From the IMG/VR virus record IMGVR_UViG_3300037566_000016, positions 1 to 35,291 of that record: 35,291 nt of DNA. One strand, written 5' to 3'. The DNA comes from a virus (Duplodnaviria; Caudoviricetes). The notes under the pieces are model-generated. The model did not search any database, was not told the DNA's origin, and worked only from the letters and a program-made list of their open reading frames with translations. Both the position numbers and the translations under genes were made by a program. Shown here in pieces: positions 27,008 to 34,703 of the stretch (its first letter is position 1; each line of letters opens with the position of its first letter).

Positions 27008-27624
27008 TCTGGGGCGTCACTGGCGCATCGGGCGTCGGCAAATCAACCGTCTGTAAGTTGGTTGCCGACAGCCTCGACATCGCCTTCGTCCAGACATCGA
27101 TCACGGAGTCGGCCAAGCGCCACGGCTTTAACGCTGTGGGTGACTTGACCCTCTCTGAGCGGATCGACCTGCAAGAGAAGCTGCTGGACGATCACATGCA
27201 GTTGCTGGATGAAACCGAGCGTCCCGCGATCCTCGACCGCACACCGATCGACATGATCGGCTACATGATGGGCGAGATTTACATGCACTCGCACAAGGAG
27301 CTTACCCCGGAGCAAATCCAACGGGTGAACAACTTCGCGCTGCGCTGCATGTGGGTGACCAAGCGGAATTACGACTGTGTGTTCCACCTGGCGCCCCTAC
27401 CCTTCTACGAGGCCGCACAGACACGTCCGGCTGAGAACACCGCCTATCAGAAACACACGGATCTGATCATGCGCGGTGCTCTGAGCGAACTGTCCGGGGC
27501 TGTCAGCCAGTGCATCCTCAACACCACCGATCTGAACGAACGCCAAGAGGCCATTCATGACCTCATCGTTCAGCGCCTCGACACGCTTGAGGCAAGCCGT
27601 AAAGCAAACCGAAACCTACACTGA
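27004..27624 (+). CDS. P-loop nucleotide kinase-like ATPase (AAA_28/NadR-like)
   Basis: GVTGASGVGKST, ILDRTPID; lies among nucleotide-metabolism genes. Confidence 0.75.
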   Translation: MIWGVTGASGVGKSTVCKLVADSLDIAFVQTSITESAKRHGFNAVGDLTLSERIDLQEKLLDDHMQLLDETERPAILDRTPIDMIGYMMGEIYMHSHKELTPEQIQRVNNFALRCMWVTKRNYDCVFHLAPLPFYEAAQTRPAENTAYQKHTDLIMRGALSELSGAVSQCILNTTDLNERQEAIHDLIVQRLDTLEASRKANRNLH

Positions 27625-27633
27625 GAGGGAACT

Positions 27634-28305
27634 ATGACCAAACCTACTGCAAGCGCCATGAAGGCCACCCTGACCAAGATCGCAAACATGGATCTGGGCC
27701 TGTCCAAAGATGAAATGCTGGAACTGAGCCACGCGGATGCCGTGGATCTGATCGTCACGATGGCGAAAGAGACGCTGAATCCGGTGCCCGGCCCGTCGGC
27801 GATGGAACGCAAGACCAAGGAAGTCACCGACTTCATCATGAAGGATTTCGCGCTGGCCTTTGCCTCGAATGACGAGATTGGCGAGAAGCTGAACGCGGCT
27901 GGCATCCTGTCGCCTGCTGGCAAGCCCTGGACGCGCTCGAATGTCTCCAAGGTGATGTCCAACGTCAAAGAGGCGATTGCGGCTCAGATGAACGCCAACA
28001 GCACGACTGCGCCTGCTGCAGAGCCGGAAGTGGCCAAATCGACGCCGGAACAGTTCGGCATGGACAGTGCAAATGTGGCGCTGTGTGGAAAGACTGAGGC
28101 CGAACCCGTGGTCGAAGCGGCACCTGTGGCCGCTGAGCCTGTCGCTGTTGGTGATGTGATCGATGTGGAACCTGCTGATCTGGAGCCCAAGGGCTTTGCT
28201 GAAGCCGCACCTGCGCCGGAAACAACCGGAACGTTGACCGTCGAAGATGAGCTTCTGGCCGAGCTGGAAGGTCTGGATGATCTGACCGGGATCGCCGCTG
28301 AATAA
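27634..28305 (+). CDS. Putative DNA-binding protein with recombinase-type HTH and acidic SSB-like tail
   Basis: EIGEKLNAAGILSPAGKPWTRSNVSKVM; Ala/Pro/Glu linker; EDELLAELEGL tail. Confidence 0.65.
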   Translation: MTKPTASAMKATLTKIANMDLGLSKDEMLELSHADAVDLIVTMAKETLNPVPGPSAMERKTKEVTDFIMKDFALAFASNDEIGEKLNAAGILSPAGKPWTRSNVSKVMSNVKEAIAAQMNANSTTAPAAEPEVAKSTPEQFGMDSANVALCGKTEAEPVVEAAPVAAEPVAVGDVIDVEPADLEPKGFAEAAPAPETTGTLTVEDELLAELEGLDDLTGIAAE

Positions 28306-28320
28306 GCGATAAACCCGTTC

Positions 28321-28389
28321 GAACCCATAAGCACCCCGCGCTTTAGTCTGCTATATTGTAAGTAAGCAGTTACTAAAGCCGGGGTGCTT
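28321..28389 (+). promoter_or_regulatory. Phage-type promoter plus operator enclosed in a 61-nt inverted repeat
   Basis: GAACCC(28321)/CACCCC(28332)-N12-GCTATATTG; TAAGTAAG-CA-GTTACTAA (28359-28376); arms 28329-28352 and 28365-28389. Confidence 0.82.
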
Positions 28390-28421
28390 TCGTATTTGTG
28401 ACAGCAATATTGAGGGAAATC

Positions 28422-29036
28422 ATGAACAAGAACCGTCCGCTGGAAAGCATCTACATGCACACTGCCAACGGTAAGAAATACTATCCGTTTGCACCAAAGC
28501 CCGAAGATGTGGACATTTACGTGGTTGCACATCACCTGGCGACACGGGCGCGCTGGAACGGCGCAACGCAGCATCCGGACTACCCGAACCGGATTTTCTA
28601 TTCCGTCGCTGAGCATTCGGTCTATTGCGCCCTCTATGTCGAGGAAATCCTGCGCCGGCCGGACCTGGCACTGGATGCCCTGCTGCACGACGCCTCTGAA
28701 GCCTATAACGGCGACCTGATCCGACCGCTGAAATACAGCGCCGAATTCGCCGAGCCCTTCAAGAAGGTCGAAGAGCTGAACGAGGCCGCGGTTGCCAAGC
28801 GGTTCTCGCTACCGACGAAATTCGAGCCGGAGATCAAGATCGCCGATGAAGCGGTTTGTCATGCTGAATGGGAACAGATCGTGCCGCGTGATCCGTCGAT
28901 TGAATGGAAGATCGAGTGGCACAGTGGCGAGAAGGCCGCACCCTTCGAGATCGCCATGCTGGACCCGTCTCCGGCGCGCGACCTGTTCCTGCAGCATTAC
29001 GTCCGGATCACCCAGACGCTCCTGGCGGCCGAATAA
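28422..29036 (+). CDS. HD-domain 5'-deoxynucleotidase (YfbR/YfdR-like)
   Basis: RWNG, YSVAEHS, ALLHDASEAYNGD, PLK, KIAD; ATG 28422 with RBS GAGGG. Confidence 0.87.
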   Translation: MNKNRPLESIYMHTANGKKYYPFAPKPEDVDIYVVAHHLATRARWNGATQHPDYPNRIFYSVAEHSVYCALYVEEILRRPDLALDALLHDASEAYNGDLIRPLKYSAEFAEPFKKVEELNEAAVAKRFSLPTKFEPEIKIADEAVCHAEWEQIVPRDPSIEWKIEWHSGEKAAPFEIAMLDPSPARDLFLQHYVRITQTLLAAE

Positions 29037-29215
29037 TGGGTATGCGTGACGACATCGAGGCGATGGAGCGTCACGCAGCCAACGGCACCCTGAAAGAGTG
29101 GTTCGAGGGCACGGCAAAAGCTCTGCCCTTGGACACTCGGATGCCGATTGATCGGTCTGCGGCGCGTCCCGCGCTTAACTCCACCTACCGTTTCATCGAA
29201 CAACGAGGTGACTGA
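29036..29215 (+). CDS. Hypothetical protein
   Basis: TAATG and TGATG overlaps at the two ends; 59 aa. Confidence 0.6.
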   Translation: MGMRDDIEAMERHAANGTLKEWFEGTAKALPLDTRMPIDRSAARPALNSTYRFIEQRGD

Positions 29216-29424
29216 TGGATGATTGGCCAAGCCACACCGCGGAACTCGACCGCAAGACGACCGATGTCATTGAGCGCTACACCAGCGCCTACGACGCCGG
29301 AACGATCACCAAACGAGAGTATTTCATCCTGATCTCCGCGCTCTACGACACCACCTCGGGCCTGATCCCGAAACCAACCTCTGATCTTCTGGCAGACATT
29401 CACAGGGATTTGCGCAGCGCCTAA
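29215..29424 (+). CDS. Hypothetical protein
   Basis: RBS GAGG, TGATG overlap; 69 aa. Confidence 0.7.
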   Translation: MDDWPSHTAELDRKTTDVIERYTSAYDAGTITKREYFILISALYDTTSGLIPKPTSDLLADIHRDLRSA

Positions 29425-29425
29425 G

Positions 29426-29481
29426 CAACCCAGCCGCAATCCGATCTCGCACTTGCTATTGTGTAAGTAAGCAATGACTTA
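29426..29481 (+). promoter_or_regulatory. Phage-type promoter plus operator
   Basis: CAACCC(29426)/CAATCC(29437)-N12-GCTATTGTG then TAAGTAAG-CA-ATGACTTA (29464-29481). Confidence 0.82.
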
Positions 29482-29494
29482 GAAAGGCAGACAG

Positions 29495-31843
29495 ATGCAA
29501 GTATCCCACGTCGAAACGGCGAACACGCATGCGATCCTTGGTGGTGGCGAAGCGCGCGCCTTTTCAATGTCGCAAACGGCTGAATTCTTCACCGTGCTGT
29601 CCGACACGCTCTACCGCGACAAGAAACGCGCCGTGATCCGCGAAGTGCTCTGCAACGCCTGGGACGCGCATATCGTCACCGACCGCACTCACATCCCGGT
29701 CGAGATCGAGCTGTCCGAGGAATCCATCACGATCCGCGACCACGGCCCAGGCATTGCGGATGACGTGATCGTTGAGAACTACTGCACCTATGGCGGCTCG
29801 ACCAAACTGAAAAGCGAGAAAGAGACCGGCGGCTTTGGGCTTGGATCGAAAGCGCCCTTTGCCTATTCCGACCATTTCTCCGTGACGAGCCGCTACAAGG
29901 GTCAGTGCTCGATCTACGCCATCTCGCGCGGCGGTGTTGAGACCAAAGGCATCCCGGATATGCGCCTGATGGTGCAGACGCCGACCGAGGAGAGCGGCCT
30001 GTCGGTCACTATCCCGATCAAGAAGTCCGATGACCTGCGCGAATTCCGCGAAATCATCCGGACTGTGACCAAACAAGGCGGCATGAGGGTTAAGCTGAAC
30101 GATCAGGAGCTGTCTCGCTATGACTTCGATGAGGCGCGCAAGACAGGATTCATGGTTGTGCAGCGCACTCCCGATATGAATGAATCCACTGTCTATGTCT
30201 CCTATGGCGCCGTGCTCTACCCTCTCAGCTCGACCGAGGAAGAGGTCACTACGGCGGTCAATCGCATCACGAGCCTGGTCCCGGTGGCCAGCGGTCAAGG
30301 GCATCGCGTAATCCTCATGGCACCGCCTAACAGCGTTGGTGTTACCCCGTCGCGCGAGGCGCTGTCTTACACCGATACGACCATCGCCACGATCAAGGAG
30401 CTGGCGGATCGCCTGGTCCGGAACGTCCGTCCGCTTATCTCGAAAGCCGCAAAGGAGCTGGTGCGCAAGCAAGTCGCCGGAATGGAGGATTTCGATCGCT
30501 GCGATAACCTGCATTACCAGACCAACCACTCATACGTTAACCAGGCCGATACGGCGCTGAGTGTCGCAAAGGTGGTTGCTGCCGAGAAGTTCTTCGATCC
30601 TTTGACATACCAAGAGGTGACCAAGTTCATTGGCCCGATCATGGCAGAGAAGTTTCGGCAACACCGTCGATCCCTGCGCCGTGCGTTTCTGAGCCCTTCG
30701 CGCGCTCAAATCAAATCCACAATGTCTCAGGTCTATCTCAAGCCGTATATTCGCGCGGCCAGTGATGCCGGAGAACTGCGGAGCCTGTTCGCTGTAGGCG
30801 GCAATGCTGTCACATATCGGTCCCACCGCTTTACCGAGCTCTGCACCCACGTCGAGCCTGAAAAGACGGTGATTGTCGCGCAGAGCCGCACCGAGGCGAT
30901 TATTTACGCCAAGGATCGAGGCGACGAACTGAGGCAGCATGATAGCTGGAGTGAATATCTCCAGGATCGCGCCTATATCTGCGCCGCCATTCCGCGTCGG
31001 AAGTCCAAACAACGCGCCGCTCTGATCAAGGCGATGGAGGCCCGTGGCTTCAAATGCGTCGAGATCAAGGAGCCTGTCAAAAAGGCAGCACCTGCAAAGC
31101 CCAAAGGGCCGAAGGATAGCTGGATCGATCTGGCGAAATTCAACACGAGCTCCGGCTTTCAACAAGAGCGGACGCTGAACGATCCGGAATACTTTCTGAA
31201 CCTGGATGTGACCCTGCATGAACTGCGCAACAGTTCCTGGTTCCACTTTAACAAGGATCTCCTGCGCGAATTGTATCCGAGCTGCGCCGTTGTGCGTGGT
31301 GAGGCGCAGGTGAAGAAGGCGAAAAAGGCCGGTGCCAAGGATGCTTTCGCTGACATGGCAGCCAAAATCCGCGGTGCGTTCAAAACGCGCGATGGGAAAC
31401 TGGCGCTGCTACTGGCTTATCACCACCTGGTTCAGCACCAGAATCCGCCCACGCACTACATCTCCGGGCTCAACACCGCGACGGAACTTCTCAAGGAAAT
31501 TCCGGAGGTGTTCTTCGAGTTTGTTCCTGCACGTCCGGCGTCCCGTAAACGGGTTCTGGAGCATGCGCGGCGGATGAAGCTGCTGAAAAGTTTCATGTAT
31601 CACCACGGCGCTCCGGATAGCGACAAATCCCTGAAATCCGACATGGAGATCGAGCAAGCCCGGGCATGGCATGCGCTCGGAAATGAGATGCTGACCCGTA
31701 AGCAATTTGCCCACCACTGGGAACATTTGAGCTCCATCAGCTCCTACGGGCTGAGCGCTGCAACCGGCGACGAAAAGAAAGCGGCGATCGTGCGAATGGT
31801 GCGCGCCGTGAAAGAAACCACCCCTTTGGAGGATAACGTATGA
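29495..31843 (+). CDS. rIIA: rIIA-like protein (N-terminal GHKL ATPase)
   Basis: LSDTLYRDK, REVLCNAWDAH, IRDHGPGI, STK, GGFGLGSKAPFAYSDHFSVTS, TPSREALSY; followed by rIIB. Confidence 0.88.
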   Translation: MQVSHVETANTHAILGGGEARAFSMSQTAEFFTVLSDTLYRDKKRAVIREVLCNAWDAHIVTDRTHIPVEIELSEESITIRDHGPGIADDVIVENYCTYGGSTKLKSEKETGGFGLGSKAPFAYSDHFSVTSRYKGQCSIYAISRGGVETKGIPDMRLMVQTPTEESGLSVTIPIKKSDDLREFREIIRTVTKQGGMRVKLNDQELSRYDFDEARKTGFMVVQRTPDMNESTVYVSYGAVLYPLSSTEEEVTTAVNRITSLVPVASGQGHRVILMAPPNSVGVTPSREALSYTDTTIATIKELADRLVRNVRPLISKAAKELVRKQVAGMEDFDRCDNLHYQTNHSYVNQADTALSVAKVVAAEKFFDPLTYQEVTKFIGPIMAEKFRQHRRSLRRAFLSPSRAQIKSTMSQVYLKPYIRAASDAGELRSLFAVGGNAVTYRSHRFTELCTHVEPEKTVIVAQSRTEAIIYAKDRGDELRQHDSWSEYLQDRAYICAAIPRRKSKQRAALIKAMEARGFKCVEIKEPVKKAAPAKPKGPKDSWIDLAKFNTSSGFQQERTLNDPEYFLNLDVTLHELRNSSWFHFNKDLLRELYPSCAVVRGEAQVKKAKKAGAKDAFADMAAKIRGAFKTRDGKLALLLAYHHLVQHQNPPTHYISGLNTATELLKEIPEVFFEFVPARPASRKRVLEHARRMKLLKSFMYHHGAPDSDKSLKSDMEIEQARAWHALGNEMLTRKQFAHHWEHLSSISSYGLSAATGDEKKAAIVRMVRAVKETTPLEDNV

Positions 31844-33312
31844 CTAAGATCCGAATTGCAGGTGCTATCGCAAGCAAAAGCGGTATCACACTCTACCTGG
31901 AAAACGGTCAGCCGATGGAGCTGAAAAAGGACAGCCATCGCACCAACGAGATCATGCAGGAGATCGCCAAGCCCCTGGCAAAACGCCAGGTCGTGGAGAT
32001 CGATCTGGCTAAATACTCGGTTCACGCCATGATCGAGCGCAAGACCAACGGCCTGGTCCGCTTCTTCCGCTCCAAGGTGGATCAGGTTAAAGACGCGCTG
32101 TTTTCCGGTCACTCTGATGGCGGGTTCGTCTATGGCGATGTGCCTCTGAAAGACGGCGAGACAATCGTGGCCGAGGTCAACGGCAAGCGCATCCCGGGTA
32201 TGGAGAAGCTGGAGCGCCAGATCCATCACGCTGCCTATACCGAGGACTGTAAGGGCTTCACGCTGTTCATGGAGCGCCTGGCCGCAGTGATTGATGATCG
32301 CGGTCACTCGGTTCAGGAGCTGCTGAATTTCATGCAGAAGGCCGATCTGCCGATTGCGGATGACGGGTCCATCGTCGCCTACAAGACGCTGAACTATTGG
32401 CGCGGTGATGAGCCTCAGAAACGCACCGAAGATGTCTTTGTGGACAAGCACTCCAAGACGGTTGTCCAGAAGCTCGGCTCGCGCGTCTCTATGCCGATGA
32501 GCAAGGTGGACCCGAGCCGCCGGGTTGAATGTTCGACCGGGTTGCATATCGCCCGCCGGCGCTATCTGCGCCACTACTTTGGCGATGTGCTGACACTGGT
32601 GAAGGTTGCGCCAGAGGACGTGATCGCGGTGCCGAACAATGATCCCGACAAGATGCGCGCCGCGGCCTATCACATCGTTGCTGTGCTGCCCGAACGTATC
32701 TCGGCCATCATCCGTAAGGATCAGCCCATGACGAGCGATCCGGAAGCGGCCAAGATCCTTGCGGATATTATCGCTGGTGATCACGTCGGCGTTCTGGAAG
32801 AGGTTCGCATCGGTGAGAAGAAGGCCGAGGCGGAAAGCGAGTATGATAAGGAGATCGAGGTCGAGCAGAACGAAGAAGCTCAGCCCTTCCTTGGCGCTGG
32901 TGACAATGGCATGGCGGCCGCTCTGGATGATCCGGAGGTCCAGGAGGATGCCGGAGAGGTCGATATCCGGGAGCTGAACCGCAAGGTCGAAGAGGCTGTC
33001 GAGGAGCGTGATGCGGCCCTGCGCGAGAACGAGGAGCTGAAGGCGAAGCTGGCAGCGGCTGAGAAGCCGAAGACCAAGAAGAAGCGCACCAAACCGGCTG
33101 CGAACAAGACCAGCAAGCCGAAGACCAAGAAGGCGGCCGATCCCGCGCCCAAGGTCGAAAAGCCGCTGACAGACGCTCAGCAGCGCCGTGAGGACGCCTA
33201 CCAGGCTGTGATCGGTGGCATGTCGCAGCGCGAGGCTGCGAAACAGTTCAAGGTCTGCGCCAAGACCCTGCGCAAAATGGTGAAAGAGCGCGCCAGCAAG
33301 GCCGCTGAATAA
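31840..33312 (+). CDS. rIIB: rIIB-like protein with C-terminal HTH
   Basis: ELLNFMQKADLPIADDGSIVAYK, CSTGLH, KVAPEDVIAVP, KMRAAAY; GMSQREAAKQFKVCAKTL. Confidence 0.88.
   Translation: MTKIRIAGAIASKSGITLYLENGQPMELKKDSHRTNEIMQEIAKPLAKRQVVEIDLAKYSVHAMIERKTNGLVRFFRSKVDQVKDALFSGHSDGGFVYGDVPLKDGETIVAEVNGKRIPGMEKLERQIHHAAYTEDCKGFTLFMERLAAVIDDRGHSVQELLNFMQKADLPIADDGSIVAYKTLNYWRGDEPQKRTEDVFVDKHSKTVVQKLGSRVSMPMSKVDPSRRVECSTGLHIARRRYLRHYFGDVLTLVKVAPEDVIAVPNNDPDKMRAAAYHIVAVLPERISAIIRKDQPMTSDPEAAKILADIIAGDHVGVLEEVRIGEKKAEAESEYDKEIEVEQNEEAQPFLGAGDNGMAAALDDPEVQEDAGEVDIRELNRKVEEAVEERDAALRENEELKAKLAAAEKPKTKKKRTKPAANKTSKPKTKKAADPAPKVEKPLTDAQQRREDAYQAVIGGMSQREAAKQFKVCAKTLRKMVKERASKAAE
33064..33132 (+). repeat. 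18-bp direct repeat (KPKTKK twice) in the rIIB basic linker
   Basis: AAGCCGAAGACCAAGAAG at 33064-33081 and 33115-33132. Confidence 0.8.
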
Positions 33313-33325
33313 CCCTCCCTGAAAA

Positions 33326-33387
33326 AGCAGAGAACCCAGCATCAATCCGCTGTGTTCTCTGCTATATTGTAAGTAAGCGTTTACTTG
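33326..33387 (+). promoter_or_regulatory. Phage-type promoter plus operator, overlapped by a hairpin
   Basis: GAACCC(33332)/CAATCC(33343)-N12-GCTATATTG; TAAGTAAG-CG-TTTACTTG (33370-33387); AGCAGAGAAC(33326-33335)/GTTCTCTGCT(33354-33363). Confidence 0.85.
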
Positions 33388-33396
33388 AGGTGTGCT

Positions 33397-33669
33397 ATGA
33401 AATTCCGCTTCACCCTGACCCGAGATGTCACCGAGTCCACCACCGTCACGATCGATGCCAATTCGATTGAAGAGGCACACGCGAAGGCACTCGAAAACCC
33501 ACCGACAGAAGGATGGGCGGTCGATGATAACCCGCCAAACGACGCCTACCTGCCTGATCCTAGCGATTTTGAAGGTTTCAAGCCTACCCCGTGCGGCGGC
33601 TGTGGCGAGACCGTCCCGGGCAACAACTGCATTGGTTGCTTTCACGACTTCTACCCGGGGCTGTCATGA
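33397..33669 (+). CDS. Hypothetical protein (DpnD/PcfM-like N-terminus, C-terminal CxxC-CxxC)
   Basis: ATG 33397 with RBS GAGGTG; TVTIDANSIEEA; CGGC...CIGC. Confidence 0.7.
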   Translation: MKFRFTLTRDVTESTTVTIDANSIEEAHAKALENPPTEGWAVDDNPPNDAYLPDPSDFEGFKPTPCGGCGETVPGNNCIGCFHDFYPGLS

Positions 33670-34202
33670 GCAAGTTCCCGAAAGACAACTGGATCAAGGA
33701 TGCGCTGAGCAAGGGCTATGTGATCGCCCGTGAGAACGGCGACATCTGGCGAGCCAAGCGCGTCAACAAGGATGGCACGGTCGATAAGTCTGCCGGATAT
33801 GCGCTGGTCAAGGTCCAGGTCCACAAGGCAACCGGGCGTGTCTATTTCAACATGACCTGGCGCGGCTTCACGAAGTCCGTCCTGGTCAATCGGATCGTTG
33901 CGTGGCGGTTCCATCCGAACCCGAAGAACCTGCCGCAGGTCAACCACATCGATGGCGACAAAGAGAACAACGCCAAGGACAATCTCGAATGGGCGACCGG
34001 CTCGGAAAACGAGAAGCATGCTCACCGCACCGGGCTCAAGTCCGGACGTGGCTCAGCCAACAGCAACGCAAAACTGACCGTCGCCCAGGTCCATGAGATC
34101 CGCGCGGCGGCTGATCCCGCACCCGAGCTGGCGAAGCGCTACGGCGTGAGCCGCTCGACCATCGTTAACATTCAACGAAATAAAACCTGGAGGCACGTCT
34201 AA
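33666..34202 (+). CDS. HNH endonuclease with C-terminal HTH
   Basis: VNRIVAWRFHPNPKNLPQVNHIDGDKENNAKDNLEWATGSEN; AKLT...ELAKRYGVSRSTI; ATGA overlap at 33666. Confidence 0.88.
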   Translation: MSKFPKDNWIKDALSKGYVIARENGDIWRAKRVNKDGTVDKSAGYALVKVQVHKATGRVYFNMTWRGFTKSVLVNRIVAWRFHPNPKNLPQVNHIDGDKENNAKDNLEWATGSENEKHAHRTGLKSGRGSANSNAKLTVAQVHEIRAAADPAPELAKRYGVSRSTIVNIQRNKTWRHV

Positions 34203-34492
34203 TGTTTAAGAAGCTCGAAGGTGACACAGCCATGCTTGTTCAAGGCGGTGTCTACAAGACCACCGACCTCTACGAATGGGCTGGCAAGCTGTTCGCAAAA
34301 GCGGCCGGCGGATACATCCGTCTGCGCAAAGACGGCACCACGTCGAAAGATGGCGTGCGGCTGGAGCATATGGAGATCGAGACGCCCCTCTTCTCTGATA
34401 AGTTCGGACGTTTGGCGACCGTGAACGCAGGTGGTTACACGCCTGTTGCTGTCACTCCGGAAGGCAGGCTGCAGGTAGAACATCATGCGTAA
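34202..34492 (+). CDS. Hypothetical phage protein
   Basis: RBS GGAGG, TAATG overlap; 96 aa. Confidence 0.75.
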   Translation: MFKKLEGDTAMLVQGGVYKTTDLYEWAGKLFAKAAGGYIRLRKDGTTSKDGVRLEHMEIETPLFSDKFGRLATVNAGGYTPVAVTPEGRLQVEHHA

Positions 34493-34703
34493 GCCGCGAT
34501 TTATCAAACCGCCGAAGGAGATCCTGAAGGATCTCGTGGAGCCGGAGTTCAGCTGGATGCAGATTATCGCCTTTGTTGTTGGCAACTGGATGATCGACGC
34601 CGGGAACGGGCTTCGGGGTGTTGGCGTGATCCTTGTTTTTGGCATCCTCTCGGTCGCTCTAAACGACCGTTTCAACAGGACGCCCCAGGAGAAAGATGGA
34701 TGA
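34485..34703 (+). CDS. Small membrane protein (two hydrophobic segments)
   Basis: WMQIIAFVVGNWMI and GVGVILVFGILSVAL. Confidence 0.65.
   Translation: MRKPRFIKPPKEILKDLVEPEFSWMQIIAFVVGNWMIDAGNGLRGVGVILVFGILSVALNDRFNRTPQEKDG

Noticed and set aside
7516-29036. 2-aminoadenine (Z-DNA) pathway from MazG-like and HD proteins
   Set aside because: No PurZ in the window, and the two genes are far apart
1650-33387. Repeated 18-mer as a CRISPR array or iteron origin
   Set aside because: Copies are dispersed kilobases apart at promoters, not regularly spaced or clustered
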